Assembly (NCBI GenBank): GCA_002269645.1
Contig: NIVC01000326.1
Coordinates: forward strand, 507,464 to 571,463
Length of the DNA: 64,000 nucleotides
Origin: Macrostomum lignano
Lineage: Eukaryota
Direction: 5' to 3'
Shown: positions 1 through 10,576 of the stretch, in pieces
Layout of the letters: each line of letters starts with the position of its first letter
Numbering within the stretch: the first letter of the stretch is position 1
The notes under the pieces: model-generated
What the model saw: the letters and a program-made list of their open reading frames with translations, nothing else
What the model was told of the DNA's origin: nothing
Databases searched by the model: none
Program-made: the position numbers and the translations under genes

Positions 1-318
1 ACGAGAGTAAGTCAGAGAGTAACGATTGCATTATCGTAAAGAATTTTGTCAAGCAGTTCCAAATATTGTAAGCTTTAATTAGTCACCAAAGTGGAGTTCA
101 GATTGCAACCAATGAAATTTTATCTACTCTTTGATTTGTTGATGACTGACTTCGTCCCCCACTTTTGAGCACATGCATCTTTTCCTTGCATATTTTTATC
201 TATTTCACGAATTCCTATTTCGAATCATTTAGCCGATTTCAATTCTTCAATTAAACTCAAATGGATAAAACATTTATCGAAACATTGTTATAATGAGAGC
301 AATGGACCAAGCCGTCCA

Positions 319-1289
319 TTGGAGTCGTCCAGCAGCCCGCCAATGTCCAGCATCCCGCCAACGTCCAGCAGCCCGCCAACGTCCAGCAGCCCGCCAACGT
401 CCAGCAGCCCGCCAACGTCCAGCAGCCCGCCAATGTCCAGCATCCCGCCAATGTCCAGCAGCCCGCCAACGTCCAGCAGCCCGCCAACGTCCAGCAGACC
501 GCCAACGTCCAGCAGCCCGCCAACGTCCAGCAGCCCGCCAATGTCCAGCATCCCGCCAACGTCCAGCAGCCCGCCAACGTCCAGCAGCCCGCCAATGTCC
601 AGCAGCGCGCCAACGTCCAGCAGCCCGCCAACGTCCAGCAGCCCGCCAACGTCCAGCAGCCCGCCAACGTCCAGCAGCCCGCCAACGTCCAGCAGCCCGC
701 CAACGTCCAGCAGCCCGCCAACGTCCAGCAGCCCGCCAATGTCCAGCATCCCGCCAACGTCCAGCAGCCCCCCAACGTCCAGCAGCCCGCCAACGTCCAG
801 CAGCCCGCCAACGTCCAGCAGCCCGCCAACGTCCAGCAGCCCGCCAACGTCCAGCAGCCCGCCAACGTCCAGCAGCCCGCCAACGTCCATCAGCCCGCCA
901 ACGTCCAGCAGCGCGCCAACGTCCAGCAGCCCGCCAACGTCCAGCAGCCCGCCAACGTCCAGCAGCCCGCCAACGTCCAGCAGCCCGCCAACGTCCAGCA
1001 GCCCGCCAACGTCCAGCAGCCCGCCAACGTCCAGCAGCCCGCCAATGTCCAGCATCCCGCCAACGTCCAGCAGCCCGCCAACGTCCAGCAGCCCGCCAAC
1101 GTCCAGCAGCCCGCCAACGTCCAGCAGCCCGCCAACGTCCAGCAGCCCGCCAACGTCCATCAGCCCGCCAACGTCCAGCATCCCGCCAACGTCCAGCAGC
1201 CCGCCAACGTCCAGCAGCGCGCCAACGTCCAGCAGCCCGCCAACGTCCAGCAGCCCGCCAACGTCCAGCAGCCCGCCAACGTCCAGCAG
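319..1289. repeat. 18-bp minisatellite (CCGCCAACGTCCAGCAGC)n, about 54 copies
   Basis: Unit read directly. It has no stop codons in most frames, which explains the stacked repetitive ORFs in the track. Confidence 0.97.
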
Positions 1290-1915
1290 TTGAAGAAAAT
1301 GCGGGCCGGGCAAGAGTACATCTGCCCGTTTGGCAACTGCTTGCCCATCAGAATGTCTCGGTTTAGCGAGCATTTTAAAGGGGCTCATTCGCCTGTGCTG
1401 GAAAGCGCAAAGGAAAAGCTGGCAGCAGCTGCACAGCTACCGGCAGATGCCTTGCAAAGAAAAGCTGCACGCGCACTGCTGGCCCGATGCCGGAGACGGC
1501 GCGACAATGTGAAGTCTGCGGAGAGTGGAGAAGCACCCTGACGCAGTCCGAGCCGAAAAGTAACAAAAACTGGTCGACGCCACGGCCACAGTGCCGGCCA
1601 GAGCAGCGGTGGTCGAGCACTCTTCGGCCACAATTGATGTAGAAGCACTTTGTGGCTTCCTGGCCAGCTCTCTCGGCGGACGGAAGGAGCCGCGGCTACG
1701 GTCCGAGAGATCCGCTGCTATTTGAAACGGCTGATGCAGCGTCTCAACATCCGAGTTTCACACAGCTGATCAGCGAGGATCTGCGCGACAAAATCAGCGC
1801 GTACTTGGATAAGTAATTTGTCCTGGTCAATGCTGAAGCAAGCGAGCGAGCAAATTAAAGCTGTCTTTGAGATGAAGGATGCTGTGCTGGCAGAAGCGCA
1901 GTCATCCAAGGACAG
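1290..1915 (+). pseudogene. Frameshifted fragment: C2H2-like zinc finger, CxxC, and a helical domain resembling the N-terminal part of tyrosine-recombinase-type element proteins
   Basis: CPFGNC-x10-H-x4-H in ORF 1290-1541. Successive -1 shifts give RQCEVCGEW, DVEALCGFLASSLGGRK, AATVREIRCYLKRLM and FTQLISEDLRDKISAYLDK; a further +1 shift gives WSMLKQASEQIKAVFEM. Ends at a CAG|GTGAG donor at 1915/1916. The family assignment is from recall of the motif only. Confidence 0.35.
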
Positions 1916-2019
1916 GTGAGATTGATTTTTTTCCAATGCTTTTTATGTTGAGGTATAAAACTAGAGAATTTTCTGCAATGTTGAGTTCATTGGGGCTAAT
2001 AGACTTAAAAAGGGCACTG

Positions 2020-3130
2020 GCGTTCAAAATGGCACTGGGATTATTATGGCACTGGGATTCAAAATGGCACTGATATTATTATGGCACTGGGATTCAAAAT
2101 GGCACTGGGTTTATTATGGCACTGGGATTCAAAATGGCACTGGGATTATTATGGCACTGGGATTCAAAATGGCACTGGGATTATTATGGCACTGGGATTC
2201 AAAATGGCACTGGGATTATTATGGCACTGGGATTCAAAATGGCACTGAGATTCAAAATGGCACTGAGATTCAAAATGGCACTGAGATTCAAAATGGCACT
2301 GAGATTATTATGGCACTGGGATTCAAAATGGCACTGGGATTCAAAATGGCACTGGGATTCAAAATGGCACTGAGATTAAAAAGGGCACTGGGATTCAGAA
2401 TGGCACTGAGATTATTATGGCACTGGGATTCAAAATGGCACTGAGATTATTATGGCAGCTGGGATTCAAAATGGCACTGAGATTATTATGGCAGCTGGGA
2501 TTCAAAATGGCACTGAGATTAAAAAGGGCACTGGGATTCAAAATGGCACTGGGATTCAAAATGGCACTGGGATTCAAAATGGCACTGAGAATATTATGGC
2601 ACTGGGATTCAAAATGGCACTGGGATTCAAAATGGCACTGAGAATATTATGGCACTGGGATTCAAAATGGCACTGGGATCATTATGGCAGCTGGGATTCA
2701 AAATGGCACTGAGATTATTATGGCACTGGGATTCAAACTGGCACTGAGATTATTATGGCACTGGGATTCAAAATGGCACTGAGATTATTATGGCACTGGG
2801 ATTCAAACTGGCACTGAGATTATTATGGCACTGGGATTCAAACTGGCACTGAGATTATTATGACACTGGGATTCAAAATGGCACTGAGATTATTATGGCA
2901 CTGGGATTCAAACTGGCACTGAGATTATTATGGCACTGGGATTCAAAATGGCACTGAGATTATTATGGCACTGGGATTCAAACTGGCACTGAGATTATTA
3001 TGGCACTGGGATTCAAAATGGCACTGAGATTATTATGGCACTGGGATTCAAAATGGCACTGAGATTATTATGGCAGCTGGGATTCAAAATGGCACTGAGA
3101 TTATTATGGCACTGGGATTCAAAATGGTAT
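2020..3130. repeat. 17/18-bp minisatellite (ATGGCACTGGGATTCAAA and ATGGCACTGGGATTATT variants)
   Basis: Direct tandem units; lies downstream of the donor at 1916, so probably intronic. Confidence 0.95.
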
Positions 3131-4012
3131 TGCAAATTTTATTAGCTCAGAAGCTACAGAATTCTTGAGACAGCTCAGAAAGTTACCTCTAAACACGAGT
3201 AAATATGCCTGTGGCGGCCAGTATGTATGCGACCGCAAGCACCAGTGCAGCCGCACTGGAAACCCCCAACCTCTGTCTAGCTGAGGTGGGTGGCTGCGTC
3301 AAGCTAGCCGGCTCGCTAAGCCGGGGGTGTTGGCGTAGCCTATCACGCCACGCCACCTTTTCGCCAACCTGTATATGCAGTTTACACGTACAACTGTATT
3401 ACAACTTAGGAAACGTCAAAATTCCTACGCTCGTAATACCGAATTCCTATTGTTAGCAAATTAAGAGCGTATCACTCCTGTCGAATTCCGAATCGAGTGG
3501 CAAATGCAGAAGTACATGCAGAAATGCAGAAGTACACAGTACATGTATGATGCACTTCCCGACAACGAATGACGCAGACAGACTGCCCGCTACTCTCAGC
3601 ATCTCTAACTAGCGCTGCCAATATATAGAATCAAATGGAGTGCTTTGAAATGATACATTAGTCATATGAATTTTCTTTTAGTTTTTTTAGCTAGTTTGCG
3701 TCTTATTGTTTGGTAGACGTTTTAATCTTTAACAATTTCTGGGAATTTTATTTTACTTTTTTCGTTTGGATGTGTAAAAAGATAAATTAACATTTCTACT
3801 TGCAGTAGGCTAGAAAGAATTTTTACTGCGTCATAGTTGCGCGTATCTGTTTTGGATATATTTTTTGAGGTGTCATAATTGCAATTTCCTTCCTCGGTTA
3901 TCTCCTTCAATTGGAGCGTCATTTCTCTGGTTAGCGTCATTTCTCTGGTTAGCGTCATTTGCCCCTACAACAGGGTCGGCAAACTCCGCCCGCGGGCCAT
4001 CCAGCAGGTCTA

Positions 4013-4730
4013 CTTTTTCCTTTAGCTGCTTCTTCGACTGGTTATGAGCCATGGTGTTGCTGAATTGCTGGTTGCTGATTTCTGCTGACCCGGGAATGGT
4101 CTCGGGTTTGTATGTATAGCCAGCCAGGTGCAGGCAGAGGTGCATCCGCGGTTAGCCCACGAAAACAGAAGTTGGGCGCCAGAAACTGGCGGCAATGTAC
4201 GCGCTGCGGCACCTCCATGGGATTCCCAGTTCTAGATAATAATAGACCAGCCAAGTGTCACAGTTTGGTACCCGGTTGAAAGTACTTTATTAATAATGCT
4301 CTAAAAATAGACGCAGACTTATCCACTCCGTTTTCATGGAAAATCCCTAGAGTAATTAGTAACTGAATTTATTAGTAATTTAAAAAATCTGTTAAAGTAC
4401 GAGCGTACTATCCAGTTAACATTACTAAAGCAAATTTACCTTGAAAATGGGGCTGTATATTGATTTATTTATAGAGCACAAACTTAACAGAAGAAAAGAA
4501 AAGGCAGGCACTCTTTGATAAAATTTAAGTTCTTCCTACCTAACGAGACATGGCTGTCTGCTGAAAGATACCCAGGATAAACAAACTGGCGTTTCAAGCC
4601 AAAATAGAAGAAAATGTCAAAATATTTTCATTGAAAGCAAAAGTATCAGAAAAAAGGTGATTAAAAATTCATAAAATTAGTAAGAAAAATCTGGATATTG
4701 CTGCTGGTTGAGCTCAGAAACAGCTGCTCT
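4013..4730. repeat. About 720-bp near-identical direct duplicate of 5936-6662 (5' end and upstream region of MATH gene 1)
   Basis: The sequences match from GCAGGTCTAC to CAGCTGCTCT with only about 2 visible differences, and the same ORF N-termini appear twice in the track. Confidence 0.93.
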
Positions 4731-5386
4731 AATAGCGTCATTGCCCCTACAATAGGGTCGCCAAACTCCGGCCCACGGGCCATCCAGCCCTCGGGTCCTT
4801 TGAAACTTCACAATAGCAATCCGACACCCTCATGGTTTGTGTCTATTCTCAGTTCTCCTCTCTCCCCTCTCCTCTCTTTTCTCTCCTCTCGCCTCTCCTC
4901 TCCTCTCCTCCCTTTTTCTCCTCTCATCTCTCTTCTGTCATCTTTCTCCTCTCCTCTTATCTCTCTTTTCCCAACTCCCTCCTCCCATTTTCATATTTTC
5001 TCACAATTATTTAAAAATTAAAACAAAGACTCGAGAACAAAAAAGTGACAGGTAAATTGAGTAACTTTGAGGTCTCAACTCGAAACGAGATTCGGAATAA
5101 TCCGAGCAGCAGCAATTCAAATACAAAATATTTCAGAATAAGTAAAGCATGAAAATGAAATTGAATAAACAGCTGCTTCTACTGCTAGAGTGCGCACAAA
5201 AGCCGCACACAGAGTTCTGGGCCATAAAAATCCTTCTGCCAGCATTCTACTGAAGGTTGTTGCTTTCAATTTTTATACGCGCCCCAAACCTCTGCATTTC
5301 ATGCGCATGGCGAGTTAGTCTCATAAAACTACAGTGCAGCTGTGGTCACTGTCAGGTCAGCACGAGTTTTAACAAAACTGCACCGC

Positions 5387-5983
5387 TCACTGCATCGCCT
5401 TCGTGTGCACGTGCAGGTAGGCGGCCTCCCCGACGGTTGCGGCGTCCAGCCAGTCCTCCGGCAGCTGCAGCTCGCAGCAGCGCCGCCTCTCATCGCCGTC
5501 GGACTCACTCGGCCGGTCGACATCGGGTCGAAAATTCACGACGCCGAAGGCGCGCCCGTTAGGTTGGAATTTGCCACCGACAAACTCGGCCGACACTTGC
5601 CGGACAATCGGCCACGTCAGCAGGTCGTCCAGCTGTCCGGGAACAGTCAGCACTGCAGCTGCGGCCGCGCCCTGCTCGATCTTCAGCTTCAGGATGAAGC
5701 TGTACGGGTTGCCAGCCTCAATTGGGCTGTAAAAGTGGTTCGACAGCTGCGCGACTGTCTGTTGGTAGCTCAGCTGCCGCCACTGATCGGGCTGGAAGAT
5801 TTTCAGGCAGGTGTCTCCAGTGTCGCAGGGGGCCTCCAGCACCTTCTGGAGCGCGTGGTGCGCCGTCTCCGCGGTCTTCTGGTGCTCGATCTGGAGCGCG
5901 GGATTGTTGGTGGCCATCAGAGCGGCCCGCAGATGCAGGTCTACTTTTTCTTTTAGCTGCTTCTTCGACTGGTTATGAGCCAT
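5387..5983 (-). CDS. Short coiled-coil plus divergent MATH/TRAF-C domain protein (MATH-only gene 1, about 198 aa)
   Basis: ATG at 5983 (MAHNQSKK). SNHFYS..YSFILKLKI and GQLDDLLTWP match the TRAF-C SPxFY..GYK..L and GEYDALLxWP motifs. Clearly paralogous to 6743-7348. Confidence 0.72.
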   Translation of the reverse strand: MAHNQSKKQLKEKVDLHLRAALMATNNPALQIEHQKTAETAHHALQKVLEAPCDTGDTCLKIFQPDQWRQLSYQQTVAQLSNHFYSPIEAGNPYSFILKLKIEQGAAAAAVLTVPGQLDDLLTWPIVRQVSAEFVGGKFQPNGRAFGVVNFRPDVDRPSESDGDERRRCCELQLPEDWLDAATVGEAAYLHVHTKAMQ

Positions 5984-6742
5984 GGTGTTGCTGAATTGCT
6001 GGTTGCTGATTTCTGCTGACCCGGGAATGGTCTCGGGTTTGTATGTATAGCCAGCCAGGTGCAGGCAGAGGTGCATCCGCGGTTAGCCCACGAAAACAGA
6101 AGTTGGGCGCCAGAAACTGGCGGCAATGTACGCGCTGCGGCACCTCCATGGGATTCCCAGTTCTAGATAATAATAGACCAGCCAAGTGTCACAGTTTGGT
6201 ACCCGGTTGAAAGTACTTTATTAATAATGCTCTAAAAATAGACGCAGACTTATCCACTCCGTTTTCATGGAAAATCCCTAGAGTAATTAGTAACTGAATT
6301 TATTAGTAATTTAAAAAATCTGTTAAAGTACGAGCGTACTATCCAGTTAACATTACTAAAGCAAATTTACCTTGAAAATGGGGCTGTATATTGATTTATT
6401 TATAGAGCACAAACTTAACAGAAGAAAAGAAAAGGCAGGCACTCTTTGATAAAATTTAAGTTCTTCCTACCTAACGAGACATGGCTGTCTGCTGAAAGAT
6501 ACCCAGGATAAACAAACTGGCGTTTCAAGCCAAAATAGAAGAAAATGTCAAAATATTTTCATTGAAAGCAAAAGTATCAGAAAAAAAGGTGATTAAAAAT
6601 TCATAAAATTAGTAAGAAAAATCTGGATATTGCTGCTGGTTGAGCTCAGAAACAGCTGCTCTACACATAAAAACCAAAGCTGTTCAAAGCATTTCACTGA
6701 TGCCTTTCTCAACGGGAATGGGTTTACAATCTTAGGAGCACC

Positions 6743-7348
6743 TCAGAATGATGCAGTCAGGTGGGCGGTCAGGTAGGCCGCATTGTTAACTGTGGCCTCC
6801 CTGAGCCAGTTCTCAGGTAGCTGCATCTGGCAGCAGAGTGGCTCCTCTTCATCGGCAGCTGCTCCAGTAGTCAAAGTCGGACGGTGGACATTGCGGAGAA
6901 ACGGCGCTCTACCGAAGCTGCATCTCTCCGAGCCGAACTCGGCCGAAACTGGTCCGGCCATCGGCCACGTCAGCAGGTCATCGAACTCACCGACAGCTGC
7001 CAGCACGGCAGCCGTGGCCGAGCCATCCTCGAGCTGCAGCCTCAGTTGAAACTTGTACCCATAGCGGGGTTCATTGGGGCTGTCAAAATAGAAATGGTTG
7101 GAGAGCAGCTGGATGCGATGCCTTGAGCTCAGCCTGGCCCAACGCTCAGGCTCAACGATTTTGAGCACAGTCATCCCAGTGTCGCAAGGTTCGCAGAGCA
7201 AAAGCTGGAGACGGTTGCTCTCACGTATTGCCTCTTGCAGCATGGCATCGTCCGTTGAAGTCTCCTGAGCAGTCAGGGCTTGCAAAATCGACTGCTTGCA
7301 CTGATCGATGGCTGCCACATCCTGCTGAGCATCCGGTCCGTGCGACAT
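6743..7348 (-). CDS. Short coiled-coil plus divergent MATH/TRAF-C domain protein (MATH-only gene 2, about 201 aa)
   Basis: ATG at 7348 (MSHGPD). Motifs PCDTGMTVLKI, SNHFYF..YGYKFQLRL, GEFDDLLTWP and a terminal AYLTAHL strand. Confidence 0.75.
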   Translation of the reverse strand: MSHGPDAQQDVAAIDQCKQSILQALTAQETSTDDAMLQEAIRESNRLQLLLCEPCDTGMTVLKIVEPERWARLSSRHRIQLLSNHFYFDSPNEPRYGYKFQLRLQLEDGSATAAVLAAVGEFDDLLTWPMAGPVSAEFGSERCSFGRAPFLRNVHRPTLTTGAAADEEEPLCCQMQLPENWLREATVNNAAYLTAHLTASF

Positions 7349-7786
7349 TGATGGCGGCAAACCAGTGAAGAGCTTCAATATGTCTCAGTTTAGTAGCTAA
7401 TGGAGACATTTTTCGGCAAGGTAAAAGTTCCCTTTGTTTTGTAGTCAAGACAATGGCGGTGCCATGGGCAAGGCCTCGATTGTAAAAAAAGCCATGGAAT
7501 TCCCTCGCCATTTGCAGCAAGTGTACTCCAGCTCTAGTATAGCGTAGCCGTTCACAGCTAAACTGCCTGGGGCAGGGAGCAGGCGGGGATAAAAATAGAA
7601 CAGCTGTGCAGCAATGACGACAAAACTTCCTAGTACAGTACCTGATATTTAACTGCAGGGGTTTCACGGGGGATTCCCGCGAGTCTCGCCATAACGCCTC
7701 CGCTTTCTCTATAAGAATAAGCATGCAGCTAAGCATTACAGAAAGGCGAAACTTTAGTCCCAGCTTTCCAAGGATCTCAGCGAGCG

Positions 7787-8669
7787 ATGGAGCACACGCA
7801 AGAAGCTGCAGGCACTGCTCCGATGACCCTGGCCAATCAAGTCAACGCCGTGAAAGAGCAAATTGAGCAGCTGCTGAGCAGTGTGATGGACTACCGATCG
7901 CAAGAGGGTGTCTGGCCAGGAGACCTCCAGCCCGAACGCTTCGACGCCTGCTGCCGCCTGCTCGAACTTCTGGCCTCGCCGAGCTGCATTGAAGGGCGAT
8001 TCGTGTGGAAAATCAACTACCCCCACCCGAGACTGCGCCTGCAGAGCGGAGCCAGTGCCCGGCAGAGTTCGCTGGCTTCGCCGGACTTCAAGTGGCCGGA
8101 CGCTAGGTCTCGACTTCGTCTGCAGCTGCGAGCGGCCCCGGCGACAGAGGCTGGTGGTGAAGATGAAGCTGCCTTGGAAGTTGAGCTGCTTCTGTTGCAG
8201 GTAAGCCGAGCCGATTAACCCAACTCGCGAGCAGGGACAAAAGTTACGAGTTCTTGTACATGCAGATAGCGTCCTGCTGTAGTTCAGCTTAAGCGCCTTA
8301 AAACTAAAATAATGCGATTGCATGCGAGATGCTTTTGCATCCTCTGGAACCACAAGCAAACCATAGTGTACCGTGGTGCAGCCATGAAGCATTCATTCAC
8401 CGATTACGCAGAGCACCGTCCAGAGGCCCCTAAGAGCCCGCCTGCAAGCCCGCCTGATTGATCTGCGAGATCCATCCTGTGGAGGCCTGACCGGCCAATC
8501 GGAGACGTTCATCATCGACCAAAGCTCGTCGGAGCGAACCTGCTGCGTCCTGCGCGACTGGCCAGCGAAGCTGCGGCATCTTCGCGACCAGCTGGATGAT
8601 GAGGGAAGCTGGCAGTTTGTGAAGAGCAGCTGCGCCTACTTAGAGGCCATTGTCACTGAGGTCCTGTAA
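7787..8669 (+). CDS. Two-exon divergent MATH-domain protein (MATH-only gene 3, about 223 aa), join(7787..8200,8412..8669)
   Basis: Exon 1 has GRFVWKI and SLASPDF and ends CAG|GTAAG (phase 0). Acceptor ACGCAG at 8411 opens an 86-codon frame STVQRPLRARLQARLID...FVKSSCAYLEAIVTEVL*, which fits the second half of a MATH fold. Confidence 0.65.
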
Positions 8670-10576
8670 CCAAAACCGTTTAAATCCAGTAATTACTGCT
8701 GGCTTTTGGTTCCTGGTGTGCCTTAACACAAAACTGCTTTTTGTTATTCCGCTTAATTACCGCTGCAACTTGCGCGGCGTCATTAGCTAAACTGCCTTAA
8801 AACATATCTATTAAGTCTCTTACACCAGCTGACTCAAATAATAATTTTTGAGTTCACGTTTATTTTGAGGCAAAATCTAAATCATTTTTAAGAAAAAGAA
8901 AAGCTTAAATTTAAATACACCGTTAGAAGGAATTTTTTTAATTAACTGTCCAAGTTTGTGACGAATACATTATGCATGAATTCATTAAAAAGTTAATTAC
9001 AATTACAAACGTCATGCCTTCAATTCAACAATTAAAATCAATGCAAATCCCATTATCAAAGAGCTGCATCATGCAGAAGTCTATCATCATCACCTGCGAC
9101 GGGACCGCCGACATGCCTCTTTGGTCCGCGGCTCCACCTCTACGTCCAAGTAGACGCAGTCGTTTCTCACAAAATTCTCCATCAAAGTGTCCATTTTAAC
9201 AAAGTGCATGACGGTCGCATTCCTTGCCAGATCGGGCGCAGCCGCAGGGCGCTCGGCAGTCAGGTCTGTCTCAGCCACAGCATCCCCCAAGCGGGACTGT
9301 CGATGAAACAGACGGAAAGTGACTTTGGCAACAAGCGGCCATTCAAGCGTGTCGTCGTATTCGCCTCGGTTGAGCACCAACTGGGCCGTCACGTGACCCT
9401 CGCCTGGCTCGGCCTGCCCGTTTAGAAGCAGCCGAGCGCAGAAAAAGTAGCCGCAGTGCTTGGACATGAACGGCGGCGAGAACAAGCAGGCGGACGCGTC
9501 TTTCTTCAGCTTCTCAAGTCTAGCGGCCACGTCGTCAATCTTCCACGTGATGCAACCGTCCAAGGAGGTCTGATGCTGCGCATTAAAAGGCCACACAGAC
9601 CTATCCTTAGTGCAGTCACCGGATTCTTGAAGAGCTACCGTCTGCATCAGCTTCATCAGACGCCAAACTTCAGCAGGCGTAGTTGAAACTGCGGTCGCTA
9701 GGACCCCGGAACATCGCTCAGCAGCCTCCATCTGTCTCAACTTGTCGTCCATATTTGTCAGCATTGTTTTGAATCCTTGAAGACCTCCGAAAGATTTGAT
9801 GAAGTCTTCCAGACTCATTGTAGACAGTGCCCAAGTCGCTATGTTTGGCTGCAGCCCTTTGAACTTGCTGAAAATATTCATGGCTCTGCGCTCCAAATCC
9901 TTCATCTCCTTGGATACGGCCTCTCCTTACACGGTGACCGCGGACGCTCCATCACCTGCGGCACCTGCACCAGCTGCACCAGCTGCAGCCGCACCTGGAA
10001 AGCCACTGGCAGGGCTGTGCTGAGCTGATGCGCTGGAGACCTGCAGTTTGGCGTCGATGAGCTGAAGGTGCCTGTCGGCTGCTTCGCTGCAGTGAGCCGC
10101 CATCTCTGTGGCCGGAGCGACAAAGTCGCAGCCAAGATGAGCAAATCTGCACGGCGTCGGCTTCTGAGGGCACTGGGACAGGTGGCTGAGAAATGTTTGC
10201 CGTTTGAAATTTCCCTCACGGCAGTGCGGACACGGAGCTCTGAACTCCCGACAGCAGGACGCCGATTGCAGGTTCTTGTGCTCGGAGTCCATCGCGCCAG
10301 CAACTACCTGTGGGTTATCAATAATTAAATTTAAGTTTCATTGATTGGGCTTTACGAAGTTATTTTTGCGATGCCTGCGATACATGTAAAAATTTAAGGA
10401 AGCAAAGGTATATTTCACTATACTGTCTACTGCAGAAGTAGTATAAAGTGTTATTAATGAAAGATTTCTCTATAATTCCAGTACGCAAGTCCAGTAATTT
10501 AGAGTTTGACAATCTCATGCCCCAAGGCCAAAGCTTCATGCACCCAGGGGACTCGTGCTTGTGTAAACGTGGGTGC

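Noticed and set aside
257-1388. Long repetitive ORFs on both strands (AGCWTL, DVGGLL, RQRPAA, PTSSSP)
   Set aside because: They are products of a stop-free 18-bp repeat open in nearly all frames, so there is no independent coding evidence.
2020-3130. CRISPR-like regular repeats and short ORFs
   Set aside because: The units are contiguous with no unique spacers, there are no cas genes, and the context is eukaryotic.
9590-9635. Possible small intron in TRAF-A just before the MATH domain
   Set aside because: The GT..AG candidates (44 or 25 nt) would shift the frame, and the segment reads through in frame.
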